In this document: positions 13,486 to 26,587 of the stretch, piece by piece | How the letters are laid out: each line of letters begins with the position of its first letter | How positions within the stretch are numbered: the stretch's first letter is position 1 | NCBI GenBank assembly: GCA_964016885.1 | Contig: OZ024746.1 | Span: 36,208,001-36,272,000, forward strand | DNA length: 64,000 nucleotides | Origin: Eledone cirrhosa | Taxonomy: Eukaryota | Direction of reading: 5' to 3' | Program-made: the position numbers and the translations under genes | Notes under the pieces: model-generated | Seen by the model: only the letters and a program-made list of their open reading frames with translations | Told to the model about the DNA's origin: nothing | The model's database searches: none

Positions 13486-15642
13486 ATGGCTACGAAAAAG
13501 AATGTTCATAGGTCACTCCCACTCATTCCGCCTTCTTCTTCCTCAATCGTCACTACAACAGAGAGAAGATTGTCTCTCTCCCTCCCTTCTCTAAATGTTT
13601 CTCTCTCCCTCCCTTCTCTTTCGCAAGCGACGCCAGTAGAAAAGCGTAGAAAAGCGTAGAAAGCGTGAAACATTTCTCCCCGACCGCGACGACAACGACG
13701 AAAAAGGTGTGCGGGAAATACGAAAACCCATTTCATTCATCTGACGTCATGAATAGTAGCAGTAGCAGCCGTAATAACAGCAGCAGCAACAGTGACAAGG
13801 AAAACAACAGTAACAGCCGCAACAGCATTAGCAGCAGCATAAACAACAAGAGCATAAGCAGCAACAACAACAACAACAGCAGTAGCAGCATCAACAACAA
13901 CAACAACCACAGCAACAGCGGCGGCGGCAGTAGTCGTAGTAACTGCAACAACAACAAAAATAACAGCAGCTCTGACGACAACAACAACAACAGCAGCAAA
14001 GAAAAACCAATCTTGTTTGCAGGTATCGCAAAGAACCTGGAAACCATTCACATAACAAATGAGTAATTAGAGGAAACGAAGAAGATGGTGACGAAAACCG
14101 GACACCGAACAATCTGCAAGGCAGCCGAAAAATCTTTCGAAACCCAACAGAACTGTACGGTCACGTACCGTACAGTAAGCACAAAATCCCGTAGGGTTGA
14201 AAGAGCCACAGAGGTTCAAATGCAAAAGGCCTTAGGGTCTGTGTGGCAGCGGAAAACACATATCACCCGAGGCAAGAAATATACCACCGTAGACGTGCTA
14301 TTTGCCACACCGCAGGAGGCAAAGGCTCAATCCTTAGTGACCCTAAGGAGGGAGGCAATGGTGTTGGTGCCCCCCTACTACGGGCAAAAATTGTGACTGT
14401 CAAACTGAACCACGCCCCCCACCCACCCCCCACCCCGGGATGGCCCCTTCTTGGCTGGCCGCGTCTGTCCTCGTCGGAATCGAGGACAAAACAACTGTAC
14501 TGCAAGTGCAGAAAAAGTAAGAGAAAATTGGGTCGGCACCTCCATTGAGATGTTAATCCAAACCAACCAGGAGTGCATCGAAGCTATCCCGGATGTGATA
14601 GACTTCGATAACAGCACTCAACTGCCCATAAGTGTTGAGGGCAAACGCCCGAAATGCTTTCGCTGTGGATCGAAGGCTCACCTCAGGGCCTTCTGTAACG
14701 AGAAGAACCTGAGAAAGGAGAAAACCCCACGTCTTCCGAAACCGGCTCCACGGCTACCAGCCACAGGACAGACGGCAACCAAGAACGATAGGTCCGTGGC
14801 ACCCATAACCACGACACGGAAATCAAGAACAGCAGCAGCAGTGGAAGTATTAACAACAGCAACAGTAATACCAAATGCAGCTGCAACAGAGACTCCACTG
14901 CAAACATCACCAAGAACAACAAGTGAAAGAGTGGAGCTGGTACCCCTCCCCGACCTCACAGAATTTAGACATGGAGTGCGAGGTGGGAGAGGGATGGCAA
15001 AAGGTCGTAAGAAGGCACAAACGCAGAAGCAGCGCATCGTCGCCTTCGAAAACGGAGGAAAGAAATGAAAAAAGGGTAAAGGCTACTGCAAAGAGACTCA
15101 CAGCAGCAACACCACCAACACCATCACCACCCACACTAGCACCACCATCACCACCGGCGACAACCCCGCCGCCAACAACAACAACACCTTCAGCACCACC
15201 ACCACAAGCACCAACATCGCAAACACAACAACAAAACATACACACCCATCAACAACGACAGGAAAATAGCAGAACCACACCCCACCCCCAGAAAAACAAA
15301 TGCACGGCAATAAATACACACAACAAGAAACTAATGACTTACATAATTGAACACACAGGCATTTCGCAGCACGACTACATAATACCAGCACCAATCAAAA
15401 CGCCAACGAACATAAGACTGCTAAAAATAGCACAGAAACAATACACAAACATTAAAACGATATTCCCCAACGTTATTGGTGATTTCAGAGACCTAGGAGG
15501 GACTCTCAACCGGAGAGTATATTCGGACATACTCATAGAAGAGCCGACGACCAGCCGAAGGGACGATTCAACGGTCCCTTCACCAGACGAAAAAGTGAAA
15601 AGGGATGGAGAAACCATCCTTCCTCTACGAAAAGTACGGTAA
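13486..15642 (+). pseudogene. Tx1-like ORF1, frameshifted, with CCHC knuckle
   Basis: ATG 13486 (MATKKN...), low-complexity CAA/CAG tracts, VEGKRPKCFRCGSKAHLRAFC, GEGWQKVVRR, Pro/Thr-rich C-terminus. Confidence 0.75.
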
Positions 15643-15677
15643 GTGGTCTTTCCCATCTTTTCCACTTTATTTAAAAC

Positions 15678-18619
15678 ATGACCTCACTCAGAATAGGCAG
15701 CATAAATGCGCGTGGCTTAGGGTCGTCATGGAATCAGGGTCACCTGCTCAATGACCTCAGGTCACTAAATATAGATGTAGTGGCCATCAGCGAGAACAGA
15801 AACTCCGTAGCACGGGCCTTCGCACCGATCTTCGGCGGCTACGATGTGTACGCATCTCCCAGCCGTCCTGGATCTGGGGGTGGAGTTGCTGTGCTTTTTC
15901 GGAGAGATTTGGATCTCGCCATACGGGCCATCTTCCTGGACCCAGAGGGTAAGTTGGTGGTACTGGACGTGACCAGCGGAGACGGGTAAGCTTTCAGGCT
16001 AGTGGCCGTCTATGCACCGACAGGAGTAGGGCGGCCTGATTTGTTACGGCGTCTGGAGACATTTCTTGGAACGTCCCGCACTTTAGTGTTAGTGGGCGAC
16101 TGGAACGGGATCTTAGATGCACGCTGGTACTGTGTGGGATTAGCGGATAGGGTGGAGGGTGCAAGAGCCTCACCAACCTGCTCAGGCGTTTTGAACTGTC
16201 TGACAGGTACCGATTGGATTTCTCGAATGTGCCAATGTGGACTTGGACAAATCAAATAGGGTCATCCAGATCATATCTAGATAGAGTATTTTGTAGGGAA
16301 ATAGCTAGGTCTAGCATAAGCTGTACACAATTCAAGATAGTCAGCTACACGGACCACAAATTCGTGATCTGTGTGCTTGACATAGATAGGCTTCATAGAC
16401 GAGGACCCGGCTATTGGAAGCTAAACGCGTCCTTACCAGCGCGCAATGCCTAAAGAGACCAGATTAGCGAACTAGTTAAGCGGGCGTTGACGGTGGCCAT
16501 CGTCAACAACAAGTGGTGGTTTGCTCTGAAAAGTGCGATTAGAATAGAATCCATTAGGTTTATTAAGGCTTTAGCAATAGAGAAAAATAGAGCAGAGGGA
16601 GAACTAGTTAGAAAATTAGACGAGGCGCTTAGCAAAGGCATCACGACCGACGTACTTGCGGCGAAATTGGCCCTTGACCAATTCTTCAATGCAAAGCACG
16701 AAGGAAGCATTGTCAGAGCTAGTGTGCGTGCTCTCAGACACGAGGGGACGAAAGCCGTTCAATGGGCCCGAGTGGCGGAGGCGCGTCGTGGCAACAAAGC
16801 GACGATCCGGTCTTTGGTGGACCACGACGCGCGCATGCTACTCGATCCCGGGCAAATGTGTGAAGCTTTTCAGCGACACATCGCTCAGCTGTTCGGGGGC
16901 AGCGGTAGGCTGGGTCGAGTGATGGACTTTAGTGTCTACCTCGACGGACTGCGCGGCTCTCGGCCACTGAGGCGGAGTGTTGCGAAAACCGATAACACCC
17001 GCTGAAGTACGGGAGGCAATGACTGGCTGCTCAAGGGGTAAATCGCCTGGTTTGGATGGTCTCCCCTATGAACTTTACGTACATATGCCAGACTTGTTCG
17101 GAGGCCTCTTGGCGGACGTCTACTGCAACTGGCAACAGAACGGGAGAATTCCCAGCTATGTGAGCCGAGGAGCGGTGGCACTGCTGAGAAAGGATCCGAA
17201 CAAGGGGGATAACATAGATAATTTCCGGCACATATCTCTGATAAACACAGAGTTCAAACTAGCATGCGGCGGAAGATCCGCGTCAGCATGTGCGGACGAT
17301 GTCACCGTAGTGGTGTCGAACGCCAAACATATCGAGACGATCGGCACTACACTAAGAGAATACGAAGCGATGACAGGAGCAATGATCAACCAGGAAAAGT
17401 CAGTGGGCCTGCAGATCGGCACTTGGAGAGGCTGTCCATGCCGTCCAACAGCGTCGTCGGACGCTGAACGGACGGACGGTTAAATTGTTAGGGGTCCGTT
17501 TTGGTCCGGACCTCCAGACGGACAAAATCTGGGACAAGGTGACGAGCAGGGTGGCTTCTCTCACCCAGAAATGGGCGAAGAGGTGGCTAACGCGTACATC
17601 GCGTCTGTCATCTGCTACCGCATGACCGTCGTACCTTGTCCTAAGCCCCGCCTGACTGCGCTGGAGAGTTTGCTCTTTCGCTTTTTCTGGAAGGGAGCGC
17701 TCCGATGGTCAGGTGGTCCATCTGCTGTCAACACCCACTACGTGGAGGGCTGGGCATGCGGTGGCTGATGATGCGCAGACACACGCTCAGGCTACGACAT
17801 GTCCACCTCTTCCTCGACGGTCATCAGGTGGGGTCGCCGTTTGCTAGAAACGTATTGCCCCAGTTCGTTTGCTTGTCGGAGCTGCAGTTCTGGGTCAAGC
17901 GAAGACCGAGAGGGAGCGCCTGGAGACTGGAATGTCTTCAGGCGCTCACAGCTCTCGACCAATCACAATGTGATCGGTGGAAATTCCACCTCGGGGTTCT
18001 ATAGAGGATTAGTGGAGGGGAAGTGCGACGATGTACTTGGAGAAACTCTAGGCGTCGACGAAAATCAACTAGCCAATCTCTTCGGAAGAAATTTCGGGCG
18101 GGACCTATGGACAACTTCCAGAAATCTATGGCCTTGCAGTGCTACCGAGGAGCTTTGCCAGTTCGGGACAAATTCTACAGGCATGGAGGTGCCGTCAGCC
18201 GGGTATGTCCGAGATGCGCGCAGGGCAACGAAACCGTCCTGCACGCACTCATCCAGTGTCCGAATATTGCTGACTTGTGGGTTTATGTCGAACACCTGCT
18301 GTCGCGTGTAGGATGGATCCGGCTATCATCTGGGTCCATCGTGAGGATTGCCCCGCCCTCTTCATTTAGCCAAAAGGGCAGGCAGTTTTATCTAACTGGT
18401 GGCCATGGCGAAAGAGATAATATGGTGGACACGTTTGAAAGGGCTGAAGACGAGCACTTACCTCTTCGGTGATGCCCTGATTGACTTTTTCAAATTTCAT
18501 TTGAGAAGGAAAATCAGAGTAGAGAGGGAAGTGCTCTCTTCCCAGCATTTTGTTGAAAGATGGGTGAGAGAAAATGAATGGCCCGAGTGAATGGGCCTAC
18601 TCTGAGTACGTATCTGTAA
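15678..18619 (+). pseudogene. Tx1-like ORF2: AP endonuclease + RT + C-terminal zinc finger
   Basis: IGSINARGL, AVYAP, LVGDWN, SYLDRV, TDHK, GPGYWKLN, KSPGLDGLP, ADDVT, CPRC...ETVLHALIQC; RT core deleted at ~17260. Confidence 0.9.
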
Positions 18620-21600
18620 ATTAAAGGTGGAAAACTGGGCGAGGGTACTTGCTTTGGTGGTCAGGGTCACTGTGGACTTTTACTGGGCTTTCTCCACAAA
18701 TGTCCCTCCGAAGTCTCCCCCTATTGGGGAATTTTTCATTGTTATTTTTTTTGTTACATACTCTGTTTTTGTTTTTTACACGCTGAAATGCCCATTTGTA
18801 CCATCCTGTATTGTCCTGCACTGTCCTTAATGTCTACTTGTGGGTAATAAAGAAATCATTATTATTATAATTAGTATTAATATTATTATTATTATTATTA
18901 TTATTTTTATTTGAAGTCTCAGTCATAGATTTTAGTTAACTGGAAGGTTTGTTGAAATGAATATCAAGCCACTACCTGCAGCGTCAGATATTCAGGACGT
19001 ATCGCAGGGTTCTTGCTGTTCCCAGCAATCATGCCTTTTGAAGTGTTCCAAAAAGCGGGGTGGGGCTAATTTTCTTTAACCATCCCAGGAAACTTTTTGA
19101 GATAGTACCTAGTGCGCCTATGACAATCGGCACCATTTTGACTTCATGGCAGTTCCAAATCCTTTTTACCTCCCCATTTAAGTCCTGGTATCGGTTAATT
19201 TTCTCCCTCTCATTCTCTTGCACTCTAGTGTAGAATGTGCAGGCCACATCCACAATCAGGAACGATCTTTCTTCCTTGTCCAAAACCACCAGGTCAGGCC
19301 TGTTGTGTTACAGTTTCTTGTCAGTCTTTATCCTAAAATCCCAAAGCACCTTCACCTGATCGTTTTTATCACCGACTCTGGCTTATGCTCATACCACTTC
19401 TCAGAATGTGGTAAATTGTTTACTTTGCATAGGTGCCAGCGCATCACCTTGCCCATCACATCATGTCTCCAGCCTTTATAGTGAGTCTGTGCTAGGTGTT
19501 TAAACTCGGAAACAATGTGAGTCACAGTTTTCTCTCTCTCTCCACATATCCTGCACAGTGGGCTAGCCTCCTCCTTGCAAATATGGTGTTTCAGACACTC
19601 CGTGTTGAGGGTCTGTTCTTGCGCAGCCATTAGCTACCTCCTGTAGGCTTTTTAAGGTCTCCTCTTCTCAACCAGCTCCATCTCTGTGGATCTCTGAATT
19701 ATGTTTTCTTAAAGAAGGTATTATGAAGGGATTTTTAATGAAGGTTGCTCTTTCTCTTTGTTGTTATTTCCTCCTTGGACATCCCCTGGTCTATTGTCCT
19801 CTCCTTCAGTACAATTTTGAGGATTGGCTCCTTACTATCGGTGACGTATTTGTGTAGGTTGTTTTTCTCCATCTGAACACAGTCCTCTTTTGCGGATAAG
19901 ACCTCTTCCACCTTCACATCTACTTAAGTAGAGTCTATCGACATCACTCCTCTTGTGGAACATGTTGTAGATAGACAATAGCTTCCTAGTCTTCCTATCC
20001 ATTTCTTTTTGTTCAGCAACATTCCATCTCAGAAATCCCGAGCTGTGTCTATTATTAGGTACAGTTCGGGAATTTACTGTACTGATGGCATTCCTACTGT
20101 TCAGAGGTGACTTTAATACGCTCCTTACTCTCCGAATGTATTCAGATCTTATCAATTCCTTCATGTTTTTGTTCATCATGTCATCAGCCTCCAGAATACC
20201 CACCTACATGTATCCTTCTTCAGTGTCGATTTCCTTTATCATCTCACCTGTTGCTACCTGGATTCCGTTGCTTCTGCTCAATTTACCCCACTTCATCACA
20301 AGGACTCCACACTTACTAATACCAAATTGCATACATATATCATTGCTGAAAATACCGACAGTGTCAACAAGTACATCCAACTCCATGAAGAGGAGTTGAT
20401 TGATGGTAAGCTCTCCCTTTCCCAACTTGTATCCTGGTCTCACTTTTCTCAGTATAATGGTCAGGAGCATCAGGGCAAGGACAAAAAACAGAGGGGACAG
20501 ACTATCTCCCTGGAAGATACCTCTCTTGATGTTCACGCCTCCAAAGGATTCTCCAGCTGATGTTAACTGTTTTCCAGGACTACATACTTTTGCTCAACAA
20601 CTGTCTGATGTTATCTGCCACCTTGAAGATCTCTAGGCTTTTGGTGATCCAAGAATCAGGCACCATGTCAAATGCATTTTTGTATTCTATCCATCCCATG
20701 GCAAGACCAGTGTGTCTCCTCTTGCAATTCCTCATTACCATCTTATCAATAAGTAACTGGTCCTTTGTACCACGGGAATTCTTTCGGCATCCTTTCTGTT
20801 CGTCCGGTAACAAGTTGTTTATGTGCAGGTGATCGTAGATTTCCTCAGACACAATGCTTGTTAACAGTTACCACATTACGGACAGGCATGTGATAGGTCT
20901 ATAGTTGGTAACATCATTACCCTTGGGTCGGTCTTTCAATACCAGAATCGTGGTACCTTTTGTCAACCACTCTGGTACTCACCTGACATCAAGCAGTCTT
21001 TAAAAATGGTTGTCAGTTTCGGCTGGAGGGATGTTACATTTTTAATCCATCTGGTCCTGGTTATTTCCAATTGTTTTTTTTTTTGGCCTGTCCCTTAAGT
21101 GTTTCAACTGTGATACTGAAATTAGTTTGTTGGTGTGCCTGTTCACGAATCTCCTTTTGTACAGTCTCAACCCACACTGCCTAGTCATTATGTTTAACAT
21201 CCTGCTCCCATATTCCTCTACATAATGTCTTTGTTCCGCCTCAAGGATCAAGTCGTTACCTCTTTCTTTCCCTTCAATCTGTCCAAACAGCACCTGGTTT
21301 TTTTTCAAACATGCGGTTCTGTCTATACTGACTGACTCTGCCCTCGTATCGCTTAACTTTTGCACTCTCTGCTACAATGCGTTGCTTCAGTTCCTCTATG
21401 GTAATATTTAGCCTTTTCCTCCTAGTTTTGTACTTTATTTCCAGTCTATTTTTAGTGTCTATGTATTTAGTGTCCCATTCAGTAGGGACTCAAGCTTTCC
21501 AATGTCATTTCTCATTTCCCTGATTTCACCATTCAGTCGTTTCTTCCACCAAGGTTCTGATCTTTCTTGTTTGTTGTTTCCTCCCGCTTTTATGCCAAGT

Positions 21601-22366
21601 AATTTCCTCACCGAATTTGCTGTTGCTTTGAGGACATTGTTGCACTGGTGAAGGCTCCTCGCCTCAAGGTATGGGATGACTTTGTTTACCTTAACTGTTG
21701 TTTCTTTTAACTTTTTCCTGTCTACAAATCTTAGATTCATAGGTTTCCCACTATCATTGTTCATTTCATCTACCACTAAGTTTAGGATATCAACCAAATC
21801 TTGTCCTAGCCCGTCAGCATTCATCTCCTCATTGGCCGTATCTTTGTTCCAGGTATTATTTATTTCAGCATTCAGATCATTGTCTGGTTCGGATGGTTCC
21901 TCCGTTCTCTCAACCTCTTCACATTCATTTCCCACTGGGCCGTTTGCCTGTCGTACTCCACTCTCCAATTCCAACCTAATCTCTCTGCTCGGTTCCTCCA
22001 GTTCCAGTACGCTTATCCACCCATTAGTTCTTATTAGCCGAGCCTGCCCGGCCAATTTTTGTTCATCTAATTTAAATAGACCAATCTCGTTCCAGATGTT
22101 ATGCATCCGTTTTCTATAGCCTTTTTCCTTGGGGTTAATCTTCAGGTAACATTGCATAACAGTTCTATTCAATTCTTTCGTCCAGTTGGTGCTGGTCCCT
22201 TTCCTTCTTCTTCCTCCGACACCAGCAGTATTTGGTTGACAGCCAGGTCCCTGCTGCTGAGCCAGGGAGCACCTGTTGGGTGAGAGTCTGTCACATGACA
22301 TTCCAGTCTCCACTTCACCGTTACTCGAACTGTTTAGGTTCGACATCGAAACAGTCTTATCGAGGA

Positions 22367-23242
22367 CTAGCAGTAAAGCCCGGCGTTGCTCGGGGTCGCT
22401 CAGTAGCTGTGTTAAAGTTACAATGTTAAGTTTCTTTCTTGGCTTAAAAACTGTAGTGTCTACTGTGCAGACTTGCATGTGGTGTTTTTGATTAATATTC
22501 CCTCAACCAACAATATGCCTTATGAAGTTAAGAAAACATAACGATAACCCCAATGTTATAACAAAAGAGGATGCTGGGGATAGAAACTGCACTGGTTATT
22601 TATTAACAAAGATCGAAAATGTAAACACTGCAACGCAGAGAAAAACATTAGCGTAACCAAATTATCAGTTATGTCTGTCTGCACGCCTATATCACCTCTC
22701 TGCACGACTATCTGTCTGCACGCCTATATCACCTCTCTGCACGACTATCTGTCTTCACGCGTATATCACCTCTCTGCACGACTTCTGTCTGCACGACTGT
22801 CTGTCTGCACGCCTAACGACGAAATATTTGCTTGTTTTACGTAGTCTTTAAATAGACTTGTTTTCAAGTAAAAATATTGTTTTAAAATGCTTTTAAATGG
22901 AAATGAAGCAAAACGGAAGCTTAGTGTTCGAACTGATGAATTTTGCAGGTCAATATTTTGCTGGCTCGACAACTGTTAAAGCCAGCGTAATTTTTTTACG
23001 TAAGACGTCAATGTAAACAGAACAAAGGGAAATAACTGATCACTTACGCTCAAAAATCGATACATTATATTCGATTTCGTCACATAGGGTGGGTCAATTT
23101 GAAATTTTTTTTTTCCGATGTCTTCGCTAGGGCTCAATGTACAAGTATAGCAATTTCGGTGCAATTCCGTGAGAGATTCTAAGAGGAGATGTGTGCCAAA
23201 AATCGATAGACAGACAGACAACCACAGTTTTATATATATATA
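22367..23242 (-). mobile_element. Non-autonomous Helitron-like element
   Basis: Minus strand starts tatatata-aaactgtgg-ttgtctgtctgtct and ends with hairpin cccgagcaacgccggg followed by CTAG; inserted between A and T with no TSD; the 5' dinucleotide reads TA rather than TC. Confidence 0.75.
22674..22815. repeat. 37-bp tandem repeat (~3.5 copies) inside the Helitron
   Basis: Unit tctgtctgcacgcctatatcacctctctgcacgacta; gcacgcc recurs at 22681 and 22718. Confidence 0.85.
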
Positions 23243-23329
23243 TTGGTGAATGTATGGTTACATAACCACCGGTGATTTCATCACCCTCGGTGATTTTAGC
23301 GTGGCACTATCACGCTGTAGACGAACATA

Positions 23330-23962
23330 AATAAACAAACAAACAAATAGGTAACAAACCCCCAAAATAAGCATAAGTTTCATTGTAATGTAATGTTTGA
23401 ATGTCTGACTTAGTTGTTTTGCTTGTCTGTCTGTTTGTTTTTCTTTTCTTTTTTCCTTTCTGTGCGTTTTTCGTTGTTGCTGTGCTATTTTGATTTTGAT
23501 TTTTGATTTTTTGAATTTTTGACCCTGTCATCAAATCAGTCAGTTTATATCTGTTGACGCCTTCCTCATTTAGTGCGAAATCTATGATGCCTGTCTTAGC
23601 AGGAGGTAGTGGGAGAGAATAGCGGCGGTAGCGATAATGAGGCAGTGGTGGTGGTGATCTGATCGTAGTACTGTAGTGATGGTGTTGAAATTGAGGTAGA
23701 AATAGAAGTTGAGGTAACTTGACTAGAGTTTTTGGCGTGGTAGTGGTGATGGTGGCGATGGTGGTGTTGGTGGTAAAATGATTTGCTTGTCTGTCCACTT
23801 AGCCACTTTCCTCTTTTTCGACTATAACATTTCTGATCCAAAATTAAATATTAAATATTTGGGCCCTATGCCGTAATATGAGGCGTTGTCGGCTTCTGAG
23901 GGTCAACACTATAATCTTATACTTCATTTGTAATAAGAATTACTCTTTCACGGTTGTTTTAA
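23330..23962 (-). mobile_element. Leader sequence upstream of R4/Dong copy A (Tx1 5'UTR/ORF1-start-like)
   Basis: 23720-23962 aligns with 29508-29760; gcccaa(a)tattta...aaa[A/G]TGGCTA motif is shared with the Tx1 ORF1 start at 13456-13492. Confidence 0.6.
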
Positions 23963-24034
23963 ATAAGTAAAAATCAAAAACTACGGAAGCGATTCCGTAA
24001 CGATATATATCCACCATGTGCGTTTTCTTCCCTA

Positions 24035-26587
24035 TTTCTTCAACGCAAAACACGAAGGCTGCGATGTCAGAGGTAGAGCGCGTGCTCTGAAACACTAGGG
24101 GACAAAAGCCATCCAATGGGCCCGGGTGGCAGAGGCGCGACGTGGCAACAAAGCCACAATTCGGTCTTTGTCTGACCAAAACGGGTGCGTGATGCTCGAA
24201 CCCGAGCGGATGTGTGAAGCTTTTCAGCAGCACTTTGCTGAAACGTTCGGGTAGGGTCGGCAGCCCGGATCGGGGCATGAACTTCAGTGCATACCTCGAC
24301 GGACTGCCTCGGCTCTCGATGACCGCAGCACAGTGTTGCGAAAAGCCAAATAACAGCCGGTGAAATAGGGCAAGCGATGGCTAACTGCACAAAGGGTAAA
24401 TCGCCAGGTCTGGATGGTTTGCCCTACGAGCTTTATGCATTAATGCCAAACTTGTTGGGTGACCTCTTGGCAGACGTCTACTTCAACTGGCAGTAGAACG
24501 GGAGCATTCCCAGTTTTGTGAGCCGGGGAGTAGTGGCGCTGCTGAGAAAAGACCCGAACAAGGGGGATGTTATCAATAATGTCAGGCCCATAACCCTGCT
24601 AAACGCAGAGTTCAAGATTTTGGCCAAGGTGTTAGCAACGAGGTTGGCGCTAGTCGTCATGCGATACATCATAGAGTGGGTGGTTAAGGAACCTGGCAAG
24701 TGTGGGGAGCTGATCAACTTGGATCAAACCAAAGCATTCGATAGGGTCGACCATCGGTACCTGGCGGCGGTCCTCGAGACAGCCGGTTTCGTGCCCATTT
24801 TCAGAGGTTGAATCGCAGCAATGTACAGCGACATCTGCTCAGTTGTGAGGGTGAACGGTCACCTGTCGCAGGCGTTCAGCATCATGCGCTCAGTCCGCCA
24901 GGGTTGTCCCCTCTCGTCCCTCTTGTACGTATTGGCCCTCGAGCCGTTACTGCACAAACTGGGGGCGATGAGGGGCGTCCTACGCGAACTAGGATGCGGG
25001 AAATCCGAGTTGGCTTACGCTGACGACGTCACCGTGGTGGTGTCGAGCACCAGACACGTCCAGATGCTCGCACCGCTCTCAAGGAATACGAAGCGGTGAC
25101 AGCAGCAAAGATAAACCATGAAAAGTCGGTGAGCTTGCAGCTCGGCACCTGGAGAGGCAATTCCATGCCGTCCGGCAGCGTCGTGGGGCGTTGGACGGAC
25201 GGACCGGTTAAATTGCTCGGGGTCTGGTTCGGACCGGACCTCCAGATGGAGAAAAACTGGAACGAGGTGACAAGCAGGGTGGCCTCCATCACACAGAAAT
25301 GGGCTGAGAGGAATCTGTCCCTGAAAGGCCGGGCGGAGGTGGAGAATGCGTTCATCGCATCCATCATCTGCTACCGCCTCACCGTCGTCCCTTGCTCCAG
25401 CCCAACTCTCACCAAAATCGAGCGCCTCTCTTCCGCTTTTTGTGGCAGGGATGCGCTATCATGGTCAGACGTCCATCTGCTGTCAACACCCGTTGCGTGG
25501 AGGACTGGGCATGCCATGGCTGATGATGTGCAAACATGCGGTGAGGTTGCGACATCTATGGTGCTTCCTTGACGGTGAACAGGTGTGGTCGCGGTTCGCC
25601 AGACACGTTTTCCCACAGCTCGTCTCCTTGACGGAGCTGCAGTCCTGAGTCAGAAAAAGACCGAGGGATAGCGCTTAGAAACTGGAATGTCTTTACGCGC
25701 TCACTGCCCTCTCCCAGCTGGGGACCTGTATCGGTGGAACATCCACCTCGGCGTTCTATAGAGGACTAGTGGAGGGGAAGAGCGACGACATTCTCGGAGA
25801 GATCCTGAGCGTCGAAGAAGATCAGCTGTTTGCTCTCCTCCGGAGAACTTTCATTTCGAATTACGCGCAGAGCGACAAAACCGTCGTGCACGCACTCGTT
25901 CAGTGCCCGAGCTTTGCTGATATGTCGAGCTATGTCGAACAGTTGCTGTCACGTGTGGTACTGATCCGGTTGTCGACTGAGTCCATTGTGCAGATGGTCT
26001 CGCCGTCTTCCTTCGCGGAGGAAGGGCAGGCGGTTTTCATCTGCCTGGTGGCCATGGCGAAAAAGATTGTGTGGTGGACAAGGTTAAAAGGGTTAAAGAC
26101 AGACACTTTCCTCGTCGGCGAATCCCTAATTAACATGTTCAAGTTTCACTTGAAGAGGAAAATCAGGGTGGAGAGGCAAGTGCTGCTTTCTAGCAAGTTT
26201 GTTGAAAGGTGGGTGACTCTGCGAGAATGGTCCGAGTGAATATCCGTCTGTAGTTTGAGAGATGGAACACTTGAGAGAGGGCGCTTGTCTTGGTGGTCAG
26301 GGTGGCCGTGGTCTTTTGTTTGGTTTTGGCCATGTGTATACCCTCGGATGTTTCTGCCCTATTGGGGAACTTTTCATTGTTTCAATTTTCATTTTTATTG
26401 TTTATATATATGTTACTAGGTCCTTTTTTTTTCTTTTCTTATATAAATAATACAAATATTTACACGCACAAAACCCACATCGTACCGTCCTGTACCGTCC
26501 TGTGCCGTATGTAATGTTTTTCTTGATGTCAGCCCTTGTGGCCAATAAATAAATCATTATTATTATTATTATTGTTGTTGTTATTAC
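24035..26587 (+). mobile_element. 5'-truncated Tx1-like LINE (copy B), ORF2 remnant
   Basis: RPITLLNAEFKILAK, LDQTKAFDRVDH, SVRQGCPLS, AYADDVT, LSLKGRA; AATAAA 26544-26549, (ATT)n tail. Confidence 0.9.

Larger units (their letters stand above)
13272..18870 (+). mobile_element. Near full-length Tx1/L1-clade non-LTR retrotransposon (copy A), decayed
   Basis: 5' UTR, ORF1, ORF2 (APE-RT-zinc finger), AATAAA 18846-18851, (ATT)n tail; starts right after another (ATT)n. Confidence 0.9.
18911..23325 (-). mobile_element. R4/Dong-like RLE non-LTR retrotransposon (copy A), near full length, decayed
   Basis: WTKELN...[47 protein letters not shown]...HIVS, RHD, PD..VLDK...IVDVAC; 3' end on (TAA)n; probable ORF start MSNLNSS at ~22346; 5' UTR split by a Helitron. 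Confidence 0.9.

Noticed and set aside
13665-14112. Poly-Asn/Ser/Leu/Val/Cys ORFs
   Set aside because: Alternative frames of the CAA/CAG low-complexity tract in Tx1 ORF1.
22674-22815. CRISPR-like array
   Set aside because: Contiguous tandem units without unique spacers, in eukaryotic context.
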